From an uncultured bacterium (lineage in GTDB: Bacteria; Krumholzibacteriota; Krumholzibacteriia; LZORAL124-64-63): 64,000 nucleotides of DNA. The translations under genes and the position numbers were made by a program. The stretch spans positions 1,920,001-1,984,000 of the forward strand of contig CAVSGO010000007.1 of assembly GCA_963727525.1 (NCBI GenBank), in the 5' to 3' direction. The notes below the pieces were generated by a model that saw nothing but the letters and a program-made list of their open reading frames with translations, was not told where the DNA came from and made no database searches. Positions 50,346 through 60,006 of the stretch are shown in pieces (position 1 is the stretch's first letter; each line of letters opens with the position of its first letter).

Positions 50346-51269
50346 CTACATGCTGGGCGCAGTGGAGCGCTTACGCTCGGTGACGAAGCGCTCGTACCAC
50401 CAGACCAGGATCGGGCTGGCGATGAAGTTGGACGAGTAGGTACCCACGATGATGCCGAAGCAGAGCGCGAAGGCGAAGTCGTGAATCACCGGTCCGCCGA
50501 ACATCCACAGCGTGAAGCTCACGAAGAACGTGGTCAGCGAGGTGAGGATGGTACGGCTGAGACACTCGTTGATCGAGCGGTTGATGACCTCGCGGTAGCT
50601 CTCCTTGCGGCGCAGCTTCATGTTCTCGCGGATGCGGTCGAAGACCACGATGGTGTCGTTGAGGGAGTAGCCGATGATCGTCAGGAACGCGGCGATCACC
50701 GTGAGCGACACCTCCAGGTTCAGCAACGAGAAGATGCCGAGCGTGAGCGTCACGTCGTGGATCAGGGCGACGATGGCCGCAACGCCGAAGCGCAGCACGA
50801 AGCGGAACCACACGTAGACGATGATCAGCACCAGCGAGAGGAAGACGGCGTTCGCCGCGGCGGTCTTCAGCTCGCTGCCGATCTTCGGTCCCACCGACTC
50901 TTCGCGACGCAGTTCCACGTCCTTGCCGGACAGCTGGTTGCGCAACGCGTCGAGCATGGTCGAGGCCTGGTCCTCGTCACTGGCAGAGGTCTGCGCGAAG
51001 GTGATGAGGAACTCATCGTGGGCGCCGAAGTCCTGCACCTGCGAACCCTCGAACCCGGCCTTGTCGACGATCGTCCGGACCTCGCCCACCGTGGGTGCCG
51101 GCGTGATCTTCACCTGCACGATGGTGCCGCCGGTGAAGTCGATGCTCAGACGCGGGCCATGGTGCACGACCATCAGGACCACGCTCAGGACCACGCAAAT
51201 CACCGACAACGTGAAGGCCGGCTTCATCGCCTTCACGAAGTTGATGTTCGAATTGCGGAAGAAATCCAT
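50346..51269 (-). CDS. secF: Protein translocase subunit SecF
   Basis: SIDFTGG, ESVGPKIG, HDV, IGYSLNDTIVVFDRIRE, RTILTS. Confidence 0.97.
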   Translation of the reverse strand: MDFFRNSNINFVKAMKPAFTLSVICVVLSVVLMVVHHGPRLSIDFTGGTIVQVKITPAPTVGEVRTIVDKAGFEGSQVQDFGAHDEFLITFAQTSASDEDQASTMLDALRNQLSGKDVELRREESVGPKIGSELKTAAANAVFLSLVLIIVYVWFRFVLRFGVAAIVALIHDVTLTLGIFSLLNLEVSLTVIAAFLTIIGYSLNDTIVVFDRIRENMKLRRKESYREVINRSINECLSRTILTSLTTFFVSFTLWMFGGPVIHDFAFALCFGIIVGTYSSNFIASPILVWWYERFVTERKRSTAPSM

Positions 51270-51335
51270 GGCCTCTTCTGCCTTTCGCCCACTCCGTGCG
51301 CGGCACGGCGGGACCTCAACGGCGCCGGGCGCCTA

Positions 51336-53027
51336 TCAGATGCTGATCGTGACGTTGCCCTTGTTGCGGTAGACCCACTCCGTGATGACCCGCGCCATCA
51401 CCAGCGCGGCGAACATGCTCGTGAGGATACCGATGCACAGCGTGACGGCGAACCCCTTGATCGGTCCGGTGCCGAAGTTCAGCAGCACCAGGCCGACGAT
51501 GAGGGTGGTGAGGTTGGCGTCGACGATGGTGCGCGTGGCGTTCTGGTAGCCACTCTGCACCGCCGCGCGCACGGTCTTGGCCTTACGCAGTTCCTCGCGG
51601 ATGCGCTCGTTGATCAGCACGTTGGCATCCACGGCCATACCCACCGTGAGGATGATGCCGGCGATGCCGGGCAGCGTGAGCACGAGGCCGAACTGGGCCA
51701 GAGCCGCAAGCAGGATCACCACGTTCATGATCAGGGCGAAGACGGCGATCACGCCGCTGCCGCGGTAGTAGATGATGATGAACACGCAGACGAGCATCGC
51801 GCCCCACATGGCGGCGTTCACACCCTCCCGGATCGAGTCGCGGCCGAGGCTGGGACCCACCGTGCGCTCCTCGGCGATGGAGACGTCGGCGGGCAACGCA
51901 CCGGCGCGCAGCAGCAGCGCGAGGTCGTTGGCTTCAGGGCTCATGAAACGGCCCTGGATCACGCCCTGGCCACCGGGAATCTTGTTGATGATCTCGGGCG
52001 CGCTCTTGATGCGGCCATCGAGGGAGATCGCGAGTTGCCGGCCCACATTCTCGCCGGTCAGCTTCGAGAATTGACGCGCTCCGGTACGATCGAGCGAGAA
52101 CGCCACCTGCCAGTTGCCGGGCACTTGCGGGTCGGACACCGCGCGCGCCGACGTGAGGTGCTCGCCTGTGAGGGCTGCGTTGGCCGTGACGAGGTAGAGC
52201 GGCCGCGCCGGCGAACCATCGTTGAGCGTGGTGGTTTCCATGCCGAACTGGAACTCGGTGCCGCGCGGCAACGCGGCGCGCGCCTGCGTCGACTTGATCA
52301 TGGCCGTGACCGCGCGTTCGTTCTCGGTGGGACAGTACAGGTGTACGGCGTTCTTCTGGGGATCGGGCACGATCACCAGCTTCGAGCTGAATGGGCTGTC
52401 CGACGTGAAATCCGGTGCCGCCGTCGTGTCGTCCGCCGCCTCTGGCAGTTCGCCGTACGGATTGGCGCTGGTATCGGCCGCAGCGCTGTCGGTCGCCGCC
52501 GCGACCGTCTCCTGCGTCTCGGGCGACGGCTCGGCATTCTTGAACGCGCCATCCATGGCCGCGACGGCCTTCTGGTAGTCGTCGGCGCTGCGCACCATGC
52601 GGAACTCCAGCCGCGCGGTGCGGCCAATGAGTTCCTTGGCGCGCTCGGGGTCCTGCAGACCGGGAAGCTGCACGATGATGCGGCTCGTCCCCACGGTCTG
52701 GATCACCGGTTCGCTCACGCCGAACTGATTGACGCGATTCTCGATGATCTCGCGCACGCGTTTCAGCGCGTCGGCGGCCTGATCCGGCGACATGCCCTTC
52801 TGATCGACCTCGAGCACCAGGTACATGCCGCCGCGGAGGTCGAGACCGCGCCGGATGGCCTTGCCGTCGATAGCGTCGATGCGGGCCTTCACCGCGGTGT
52901 CGGTCTTGGCCGCCTCACGCTCCGCCGACGGCACCGTGGCGGCGCGGAATGTCGGGATGAGCAGGACGAGCGAAAGCAGCACCACGACGAGGCTGATCAG
53001 AGCCCTGATCTGCAGGGAACGATTCAT
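51336..53027 (-). CDS. secD: Protein translocase subunit SecD
   Basis: GLDLRGG, RVNQFGVSEP, LRAGALP, TVGPSLG, GMAVDANVLINERIREE. Confidence 0.97.
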   Translation of the reverse strand: MNRSLQIRALISLVVVLLSLVLLIPTFRAATVPSAEREAAKTDTAVKARIDAIDGKAIRRGLDLRGGMYLVLEVDQKGMSPDQAADALKRVREIIENRVNQFGVSEPVIQTVGTSRIIVQLPGLQDPERAKELIGRTARLEFRMVRSADDYQKAVAAMDGAFKNAEPSPETQETVAAATDSAAADTSANPYGELPEAADDTTAAPDFTSDSPFSSKLVIVPDPQKNAVHLYCPTENERAVTAMIKSTQARAALPRGTEFQFGMETTTLNDGSPARPLYLVTANAALTGEHLTSARAVSDPQVPGNWQVAFSLDRTGARQFSKLTGENVGRQLAISLDGRIKSAPEIINKIPGGQGVIQGRFMSPEANDLALLLRAGALPADVSIAEERTVGPSLGRDSIREGVNAAMWGAMLVCVFIIIYYRGSGVIAVFALIMNVVILLAALAQFGLVLTLPGIAGIILTVGMAVDANVLINERIREELRKAKTVRAAVQSGYQNATRTIVDANLTTLIVGLVLLNFGTGPIKGFAVTLCIGILTSMFAALVMARVITEWVYRNKGNVTISI

Positions 53028-53204
53028 GACACGTGTCTCCTGAACCGGGACGGGGCATCCTCACCAGCAGCTCCGCCCGGCAAGAACGCAAAAAAAAAGT
53101 GATCTAGGGCCGCGGCGGCTGTGCGGCAGCGCGCCGCGCCGAGAAAACCGGTTGCCATGATAACACATGGAAGGTCTCCATGCCAGGAGCAGCTCAGCAG
53201 CCGC

Positions 53205-54641
53205 TCAGTCGCCCGCCCCGGGGGCAGCCGCTTGCAGGGCCAGGAGTTCCGAGATCGTGACGAAGCGCACGCCCGCGGCCTGCCAGCGGGGAAGCTCCCG
53301 GGCCAGGACATCGGCCGTGACCGCCTTGGGATGGCCGATGCCCACCGCGAATCCCCCGCGGCGGGCGGCCTCCACCAGGGTCGTCAGACGTTGCCGCACC
53401 ACCGCCGGCGACGGATCGTCGTGGTCCAGGAAGATCCGGTTACGCAGCGCGGGCAGACCGGCCCGCCGGGCCTCGGCATAGGCCACGGACTGCTGCGTCG
53501 TGAGGCTATCCAGGAAGTACAGCCCCCGGCGCTTCAGGGCCGCCATGAGCTTCTGCATGGTCTCGGCGTCGGCCGTGGCCGCACTGCCCATGTGGTTGTT
53601 CACCCCGCGCACGCCGGGCAGGGCGGCCAGATCGCCGGCGAGGATCGAGTCGATCCGCGCCGCGTCCATGCCCACCAGGATCGCGCCGGATCCAGGGTTG
53701 GTCCGGGGATAGTCGACGGGTTGCATCGGGAGGTGCAGCATGATCTCGCGCCGTCTTTCAGGCAACGCCGCCCCCCGGCCCGCGATGGCCAGCGGCACGG
53801 GACACCCCGCCGCGAGGCGCGCCCGCTGGGCGTCGGGATCGCCGCCGGCGCCGGCCGTCAGGGGCGCGCCGCCCGGCAGGGCGAGCGGCGTGGCTTCCAG
53901 GGCGAATTGCCGGGAGAACGCGTGGCCGGGGAGGATCGAAAGCGTGAGGGGGGCATCCAGCTCGAGCAGGGCGCGGGCGGCGTCGTTGCGGTAGTAACCC
54001 CAGTCGTCGATCACGATGGCCACGGTCGGCGCGTCTGCAGCGTTCGCGAGCATGTCCCACCCGGTGACGGCCGCGTCTCCCCAGCGCACGCGCGGCGCCT
54101 TCTGGTCGGCATGGTAGAGCAGCAGCGTGTGGGTGGGATGCCCCGCCACGCCGACATCGAGGCGCAGCAGGTCGTGCGCGTCGTCGGGGGCATCGGCCGC
54201 GGCACTCCCGCGGCCGGCCCCGAGGCGTTCGCCCCAGAGCACCTGGCCTCCGGCCGCCGCCACCGCCCGCGCCACGTCGGCCTGCACGTCCCACCACAGA
54301 CGCTCGGGCGCCACCGCCACCACACGGCAGTGCACGGCGGCATCCGCACCCGCGGCGGGCAACGGCCAGTCGGCGGCGAGTCCCGACGCGTCGGCCGGCG
54401 CCGGGCCTGGAGTCAAAGCAGGGAGCACCGGAATGAGGGCGGACTCGATGTCGTTCTGGACGTCGACGTAGAGCCGGTCGGCTCCGAGATTCAGCAGGGC
54501 CGCGCGGCCGCCGCGGCTATGCGACCAGGCCAGCACGCCGACTGCGGCCAGCCCGGCCACGAGCAGCAGGCCCGCCAGCCACGGCCACCAGGATCGGCGC
54601 GCAGGGCGTTTACGACGAGACGGGCGAGACCGTGAGGCCAT
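53205..54641 (-). CDS. Divergent polysaccharide deacetylase family protein (YibQ-like), membrane-anchored
   Basis: AIVIDDWG, MLHLPMQP, GVNNHMGS, FLDSLT, RIFLD, IGHP. Confidence 0.88.
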   Translation of the reverse strand: MASRSRPSRRKRPARRSWWPWLAGLLLVAGLAAVGVLAWSHSRGGRAALLNLGADRLYVDVQNDIESALIPVLPALTPGPAPADASGLAADWPLPAAGADAAVHCRVVAVAPERLWWDVQADVARAVAAAGGQVLWGERLGAGRGSAAADAPDDAHDLLRLDVGVAGHPTHTLLLYHADQKAPRVRWGDAAVTGWDMLANAADAPTVAIVIDDWGYYRNDAARALLELDAPLTLSILPGHAFSRQFALEATPLALPGGAPLTAGAGGDPDAQRARLAAGCPVPLAIAGRGAALPERRREIMLHLPMQPVDYPRTNPGSGAILVGMDAARIDSILAGDLAALPGVRGVNNHMGSAATADAETMQKLMAALKRRGLYFLDSLTTQQSVAYAEARRAGLPALRNRIFLDHDDPSPAVVRQRLTTLVEAARRGGFAVGIGHPKAVTADVLARELPRWQAAGVRFVTISELLALQAAAPGAGD

Positions 54642-54662
54642 GGGATCCTTCCCGGGAGAACA

Positions 54663-54689
54663 CAGGAGGAGCCGCGCGGGCTCCTCCTG
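54663..54689 (-). terminator. Hairpin terminator after the lipoprotein gene
   Basis: CAGGAGGAGCC-N5-GGCTCCTCCTG, followed by TGTTCT on the minus strand. Confidence 0.65.
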
Positions 54690-54725
54690 ATCCGGTCACT
54701 CGCACCTGCGGACTGCGCCGAGGTC

Positions 54726-55358
54726 CTAGCTATCGGTGTGGTCTTCCTGGCCCAGCAACTGGTAGTACAGCGTGGGCGCGCCCTGATAGGTGGAATCCCT
54801 CGCCGTGACATAGAAGGTGGTCTGACCAGCCACGTAGAGCTGACGGGATTCGCCGGACACGTGGAAGTAGATCCCCACGTCGTACGTCCGCTTCCTGGCG
54901 TTGGGATAACCGCCGAAGTTCGTGTCGCTATCGGACACTGGCTCCCAGTTGTCGTACCCATTCATGATCGGGATGTCGATGCTCGAGATGACGACGGTGG
55001 TCCCGTTCGCTTCATGCCCGGGCTGCTCCGAGAACATCCGGCTCTGGAGCGCGACGTCTTCCTCGTAGTTGTAGACGTTGTCCGGCAGGCCGAACTCGTC
55101 CACCGTGCCCTGCTGCAGCACGAACTTGTAGTCGTGACTCAGGACCTGGTCGCGGTACAGCGCGATATCCTTGTCCTGATACACCGTCTTGTAGTTGTCG
55201 ATGAGCTGGTCGGGCGTGCTCGGGAACGGCAATCCGGTGTCGCCGCCGCCGCCGCCGCCGTTGTTGGGACTGTCTTCCGGCTGGAAGATGCATCCCCCCG
55301 CGGCAAACGCGAGGCCAATCACCACGACGGGCAAGTAGAGCGTGAATCGGTTCTTCAT
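54726..55358 (-). CDS. Putative lipoprotein (possible NTF2/SnoaL-like fold)
   Basis: GGGAGG RBS; lipobox AGG-C followed by IFQP; poly-Gly linker; TPDQLIDNY...DYKFV. Confidence 0.78.
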   Translation of the reverse strand: MKNRFTLYLPVVVIGLAFAAGGCIFQPEDSPNNGGGGGGDTGLPFPSTPDQLIDNYKTVYQDKDIALYRDQVLSHDYKFVLQQGTVDEFGLPDNVYNYEEDVALQSRMFSEQPGHEANGTTVVISSIDIPIMNGYDNWEPVSDSDTNFGGYPNARKRTYDVGIYFHVSGESRQLYVAGQTTFYVTARDSTYQGAPTLYYQLLGQEDHTDS

Positions 55359-55463
55359 CGTGACTCCCTCCCGGGGACGAGCGTCGGCCGTCGCGTGTTG
55401 TCCAGGGACGCACCGGGCTCCGGTCTCAGTGAACACAGGGTGGCAATGCTTCGTCAACACGCG

Positions 55464-56084
55464 TTAGCCAGAAAAGACCGCTCTCACGACTCCCAGTGTG
55501 GGTAGAAGAACCTGCGGATTTAAGGGGTCCGACTCCTGCGTCTCGTCCCGCCATTCGGTGAGCTGCCAGTAGGTGGCCGGCAGCGTGAAGAGAAGTGTCG
55601 CCCGTCCTCGGTACCGGGTGGTCGACCCGGACTGGTCGGTCACCTGAATGTAGTAGATTATATCCCATTCGGCACGTCCGGCGCTACCCCCAGGTGCAGC
55701 AAATGTAAAGTTCAGGAGATCGGCCACGATCGTCACGCCCGACCCGTACCAGTTGTTGATGAAATTCAGCTCCTGATCCTTGCCCCAGTTTCCCCAATCG
55801 ACTGCAGGATAAGCGTTTACAGTTTCCGAATCCGGCGTGTACCGGAAGTCGCTGCTGGTGGCATTGTCCCAGCCCGTGGCGTCGGTGTTCACCAGGGAAA
55901 GGCGGCAGTTCTCCCAGACGGCGGATGGCGACGTGGCCTCGACGTATGGGATGCTCTCGCCCGACGTCGGCGGGGCCGGGCTCCGCGGATCGAAGAGGCA
56001 CCCCGCGAGCGCCGCCGCCAGGATCGGCAAGGAAACGACGCCCCCGATATGCCGCCGACTGAATTGATGCCATTTCGCTTCCAT
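55464..56084 (-). CDS. Putative lipoprotein, likely distant paralogue of the downstream one
   Basis: Lipobox LAG-C followed by LFDP; SPSAVWEN...DFRYTPD...WQLTEWRD; ATG overlaps the upstream stop. Confidence 0.75.
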   Translation of the reverse strand: MEAKWHQFSRRHIGGVVSLPILAAALAGCLFDPRSPAPPTSGESIPYVEATSPSAVWENCRLSLVNTDATGWDNATSSDFRYTPDSETVNAYPAVDWGNWGKDQELNFINNWYGSGVTIVADLLNFTFAAPGGSAGRAEWDIIYYIQVTDQSGSTTRYRGRATLLFTLPATYWQLTEWRDETQESDPLNPQVLLPTLGVVRAVFSG

Positions 56085-58159
56085 CAGAAGCTCCATTTCA
56101 GAGAGATGTCGGCATCCCAGTAGTCGCGGTTGTTCTCGGTCACGTTGGGCCCGTAGGCCTGGTACTTCTTCACGCGCCCGGCCAGGATCAGGGGATTCGT
56201 CGCGCCCCACTTCTTGCTGATCGTCGCGCCCAGCCAGATCTCGCCGCTGTAGGTATCGGTGCGGCGCGTGGTGTTGCCCAGCGTGTCGCGTCGGTCCTTC
56301 GACCGGTAGGTCGCCGTTTCGAGCTTGAGCCACGGCATGAGCTGGTAGCCGAGCCCGAGGTCCACGCGCGACACCCACTGCTCCTGGTCGCGATGGTAGA
56401 GATCGCGACCGGTCGCGTCGGTGGTGGTGTGCGTGGCGTTGAAGGTGGCGCTGGTGTCATAGCGTAGATCGAGATCGACGCGCTCGCTCGGCTTGAGCTT
56501 GAGCGAGGTCGTGAGCGTGCCGCGCTTGTTGTAGTTATCGGTCTTGCGCACACTGGGCAGGTAGGCGAAATCGTAGTCCTGGTACTGGATATAGAGACGG
56601 AGCGTCTGCCCCGCCGTGAGCCAGGGCGCGATGGGCCAGCTGTAAGACGGCGAGATCTCGTAGGTCTTCTTCACGTTGTTGTTCGCCGAGCGCGTGTTGC
56701 GGACGGCGATGTCGTGCGACTCCTTGTAGTCGAAGTGCAACGACGTGCTGAACTGGCCCTGCCACACGGTGTCGAGCTTGAGCGACGCGTCGTTTTCCAC
56801 GCGGTCGCGATCGTTCTCGTTGAAGGGGCGGCCGTTCACCGCCTCGGCGATGTCCTGCGTGAGGAAGGTGGCGAACGCGCCAGTCAGCTTGGTGTGGCGA
56901 AAGAGCTGACGCTGCCAGTTCAGATAGAACTGCCGATCCTTCGTATACTGCTTGCCGCGCGACTCGGCACCGCCCTGATACGTCTGGGAATCCCACTTCC
57001 ACTCGTACGCGTAACGGACCGAGAACGAGTCGCGTCCCGCAGGAAAGGCCAGCGTGACGTCGGCCTTGTCGTCGAGCCGTTCCTTGCGACCCACGCCGCT
57101 CTTCGCGTACTCCTCGCTGTCATCGCTGTGGGTGACCTTGGTCACCAGCGACACGCGCCCCACCTTCACCGTGCCGTTGAACTCGAGTTGCAGCGCGTTA
57201 CGCTGCTCGAGTTCCTGCACGATCTTCGACTGCGTGGCGTCCGAGGTGTCGACGATGCCGTTCGTGTTGCGTCGGAAATCGAGGTAGCGCTTGTCGAAGG
57301 AGGCCTTGGTGGCGACGAAGTTGCCAGAGATCAGCTTGCGGTTGAAGTAGACGCCGGCGCCGAGGCTGTCGCCCGTGGTCGAGACGGTGCTCGTCCGGGT
57401 GCCGAGCTGGCCGTCGCCCTGGCGGCGCGTGCCGTAGAGACGCGTCGCCATCCGGACACCGTCGGCGAGTGCGGTGCCGCTACGGATCGCGCCGTCGAAG
57501 GCCGCGTCGCTGATATTGTTGCGCTGATTCTGGTTCTCGGCCTTCTGGCTGTTGAGCTTTACGCTCGCCTTGGACTTGTGGACGACCGCGCCCGTCTGGA
57601 AGTCCTTGCCCAGATCCACGCCCGCCGACTTGACGTCGCGTTTGTTCAGGTTGCGCAGGTTGGCATTGTTGACGGTGATGTCTTCGGACCAGTTCCACGT
57701 GCCGTTGACCCCGAGCACGAACGGGAGCGCGGTCCCCGAGCGGTACAGGAAATTGCTGCTGCGGCGCTCGACGGTCTTGTCCTGCTTGCGGAACGAGTCA
57801 TAGGAGTATTTCGCGGCATTGTTCACCGTGGAGCCACCCAGCAGTGTGAATCTGGTCGTCAGGTTCCCATAGTAGAGCACGTCGAGAACCTTGGCCTTCA
57901 CCCCGGCCTCGGGCGTGTTCTCGAGGCCGGACAGGAGCGAACCGCCGGGGCCGGTGGCCTCGTCGGGCAAGGACTCGACGAGGGTGGAGTCGCTCTCCGC
58001 GCTGCTGGTGTCGGCCTCGGCCGTACCCTCGTCCTGAGCCCACGCGCCGGATCGGGCGAGGGTGACAACCAGTACCACGATCCAGATGGCCGGGAATCTG
58101 GTCGCCAGGAACCTGGGCGGTACGATCCGCCGCGCGCCGCTGCCGATCCGCCGCATCAT
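56084..58159 (-). CDS. Putative outer-membrane beta-barrel protein
   Basis: Signal peptide ending AWA-Q; alternating beta-strand pattern rich in Y/W/N/D/T; C-terminal ADISLKWSF (BAM-type terminal Phe). Confidence 0.78.
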   Translation of the reverse strand: MMRRIGSGARRIVPPRFLATRFPAIWIVVLVVTLARSGAWAQDEGTAEADTSSAESDSTLVESLPDEATGPGGSLLSGLENTPEAGVKAKVLDVLYYGNLTTRFTLLGGSTVNNAAKYSYDSFRKQDKTVERRSSNFLYRSGTALPFVLGVNGTWNWSEDITVNNANLRNLNKRDVKSAGVDLGKDFQTGAVVHKSKASVKLNSQKAENQNQRNNISDAAFDGAIRSGTALADGVRMATRLYGTRRQGDGQLGTRTSTVSTTGDSLGAGVYFNRKLISGNFVATKASFDKRYLDFRRNTNGIVDTSDATQSKIVQELEQRNALQLEFNGTVKVGRVSLVTKVTHSDDSEEYAKSGVGRKERLDDKADVTLAFPAGRDSFSVRYAYEWKWDSQTYQGGAESRGKQYTKDRQFYLNWQRQLFRHTKLTGAFATFLTQDIAEAVNGRPFNENDRDRVENDASLKLDTVWQGQFSTSLHFDYKESHDIAVRNTRSANNNVKKTYEISPSYSWPIAPWLTAGQTLRLYIQYQDYDFAYLPSVRKTDNYNKRGTLTTSLKLKPSERVDLDLRYDTSATFNATHTTTDATGRDLYHRDQEQWVSRVDLGLGYQLMPWLKLETATYRSKDRRDTLGNTTRRTDTYSGEIWLGATISKKWGATNPLILAGRVKKYQAYGPNVTENNRDYWDADISLKWSF

Positions 58160-59004
58160 GGGGTCTGCCTCGCACCGAGGACGCTCGCCAGGCGCCGCCA
58201 TGCCTCCGGCGGGAGGTGCTCCGGGCGATCGGCCGGAGCAATGCCCGCCGCAGCGGCCACTGCCGTGGCTGCCGCCGCCGTCAATCCGTATCGACGGCGC
58301 AGGATGGCGCCGATCTGCTTTCGTCGCTGACCGAAGATCGTCTTCACCGTGGACAGCAACTCCCGGTACTCCGACGCCGACCAGGCCGCGCCGGGAACCA
58401 ATCGTACCACCGCCGACTCCACCTCGGGCTGTGGCCAGAACACCGTGGGCGGCACCGTCCGCACCTGCTCCACCGTGAACACCGAACCCATCACGACGGC
58501 CAGCACGCCATAGTCGCGGCCGCCGGGCGTGGCCGTAAGTCGCGCGGCGACCTCCTTCTGCACCATGAGGACGGCGCCGCGGTGCGCGTCGCGCCAGTCG
58601 GCCAGCGCGAAGAGAACCACGCTCGTCAGCACGTATGGCAGATTGCCTGCCACCACCGGTCGCGGACCGGCCTCCAGCAACGACTGGGGCCAGTCGAGCC
58701 GGCCCAGATCGTCCTCCTGGAGCCGGAATCCGGACCTCTCGCCCAGTTCGGCACGCAACAGGGCGCAGAGATGGCGATCCACCTCCACGCTCGTCACCTG
58801 CAGACCGAGGTCCAGCATCGGCGCCGTGAGCGCCCCGCCGCCCGCTCCCAGTTCGAGCACGTGGTCACCGAGCGCCGCGACATCCGCCGCGATGGCGCGC
58901 GTGAGGTTGCCGTCGACCAGGAAGTTCTGGCCCCGGCGCTTCACGGGCCGGATGTCGTAGCGTCGCAGCAAGGCGAGCTGGGTTTCGCTCACTCGTTCAC
59001 CCAC
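58156..59004 (-). CDS. rsmA: 16S rRNA m6,2A1518/1519 dimethyltransferase
   Basis: GQNFLVD, LELGAGGGALT, VAGNLPY, MVQKEVAARL, FWPQPEVES, FGQRRK. Confidence 0.95.
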   Translation of the reverse strand: MGERVSETQLALLRRYDIRPVKRRGQNFLVDGNLTRAIAADVAALGDHVLELGAGGGALTAPMLDLGLQVTSVEVDRHLCALLRAELGERSGFRLQEDDLGRLDWPQSLLEAGPRPVVAGNLPYVLTSVVLFALADWRDAHRGAVLMVQKEVAARLTATPGGRDYGVLAVVMGSVFTVEQVRTVPPTVFWPQPEVESAVVRLVPGAAWSASEYRELLSTVKTIFGQRRKQIGAILRRRYGLTAAAATAVAAAAGIAPADRPEHLPPEAWRRLASVLGARQTP

Positions 59005-59056
59005 CGGGCCCCTCCGGGCAGGGCCAGTCTAGGATCCGGGCCGTGACCGGACAATC

Positions 59057-59071
59057 GCAAAGACCGGGCCA
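59057..59071 (-). promoter_or_regulatory. Putative sigma54 -24/-12 site upstream of rsmA
   Basis: TGGCCCGGTCTTTGC (one mismatch to consensus), about 50 bp upstream of the start. Confidence 0.45.
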
Positions 59072-59177
59072 CGAGATGCCGTGAATCCACTGTTGTCCGT
59101 GTAAGACGGGCGTTAACGATGCAGCGCGGCGATGTCCTCCCGGCAGGGTAGGCGCGTGAGCGATCAGGGGTGGGCAG

Positions 59178-59206
59178 ATTCTATCGATTGCGGCACGAGA
59201 CGTCAA
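59178..59206 (-). promoter_or_regulatory. Sigma70 promoter overlapping the tatD stop
   Basis: TTGACG-N17-TAGAAT. Confidence 0.65.
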
Positions 59207-60006
59207 CCAGTGGTCGGCATCCGTCCAAAAAGCCGCGCAAAATTCGCGTCGGTCCGTGCGTTGAGATCGTCCGGCGTCGTGCCCAGCACCCCCGCCAGGT
59301 GATCCCGTGTGTGGACCAGATAGGCCGGCTCATTGCGCTTGCCCCGGTACGGCACCGGTGGCAACCACGGCGCGTCGGTCTCCAGGAGCACGCCGTCCGG
59401 CGACACGCCTTCCAGCACCGTCGGCAAGGCGCTCTTCTTGTAAGTGACCGGCCCCCCGATACCCAGCAGCAGCCCATGCTCGCGCGCCCATTCGACCATG
59501 GTGCGGTCGCCGGCGAAACTGTGCAGCACGGCGCCGCGGGCCGGGATGCCCACCGCCTCCACGAGAGCGCGAGTCTGCGGGTAGGCGTCGCGGATGTGGA
59601 AGACGACGGGCAGCGCCATCTCGGCGGCCAGCTCGAGCTGCAGGGTGAGCGCCGTGTGCTGCGCCGGCCGCGGTGAGAGGTCGCGGTAGTAGTCGAGCCC
59701 GATCTCCCCGATCGCCACCACCCGCGGGTGGGCGGCGAGTGCGCGCAGGCGGGTCAGCACCTCGCGGCCGCCCGCGGTGGGGTTCCCCTCGGCGTCGGCG
59801 AGAATGGCCGCGTCGTGCGGATGGATGCCCACGGCCGCGAGCACCCGCGGATCGCTCCCGGCCAGCCGTACCGCAGCCTCGCAGCTCGGCGGGTCATAGC
59901 CGATCTCGAGGAAACCGCTCACGCCCGCGGCGGCCGCGCGCGCCAGCACTTCGGCGCGGTCGGTCGCGAAGTCGGCGCGATGCAGGTGGACGTGGCTATC
60001 GATCAT
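59203..60006 (-). CDS. tatD: TatD family hydrolase
   Basis: MIDSHVH, VGIHPH, IGEIGLDY, FHIR, LHSF, LETDAPWL, RNEP. Confidence 0.95.
   Translation of the reverse strand: MIDSHVHLHRADFATDRAEVLARAAAAGVSGFLEIGYDPPSCEAAVRLAGSDPRVLAAVGIHPHDAAILADAEGNPTAGGREVLTRLRALAAHPRVVAIGEIGLDYYRDLSPRPAQHTALTLQLELAAEMALPVVFHIRDAYPQTRALVEAVGIPARGAVLHSFAGDRTMVEWAREHGLLLGIGGPVTYKKSALPTVLEGVSPDGVLLETDAPWLPPVPYRGKRNEPAYLVHTRDHLAGVLGTTPDDLNARTDANFARLFGRMPTTG

Noticed and set aside
40435-53102. Very long plus-strand ORFs (40435..43647, 44713..46794, 46795..48507, 50091..53102)
   Set aside because: Antisense mirrors of DUF4175, the kinase and secDF
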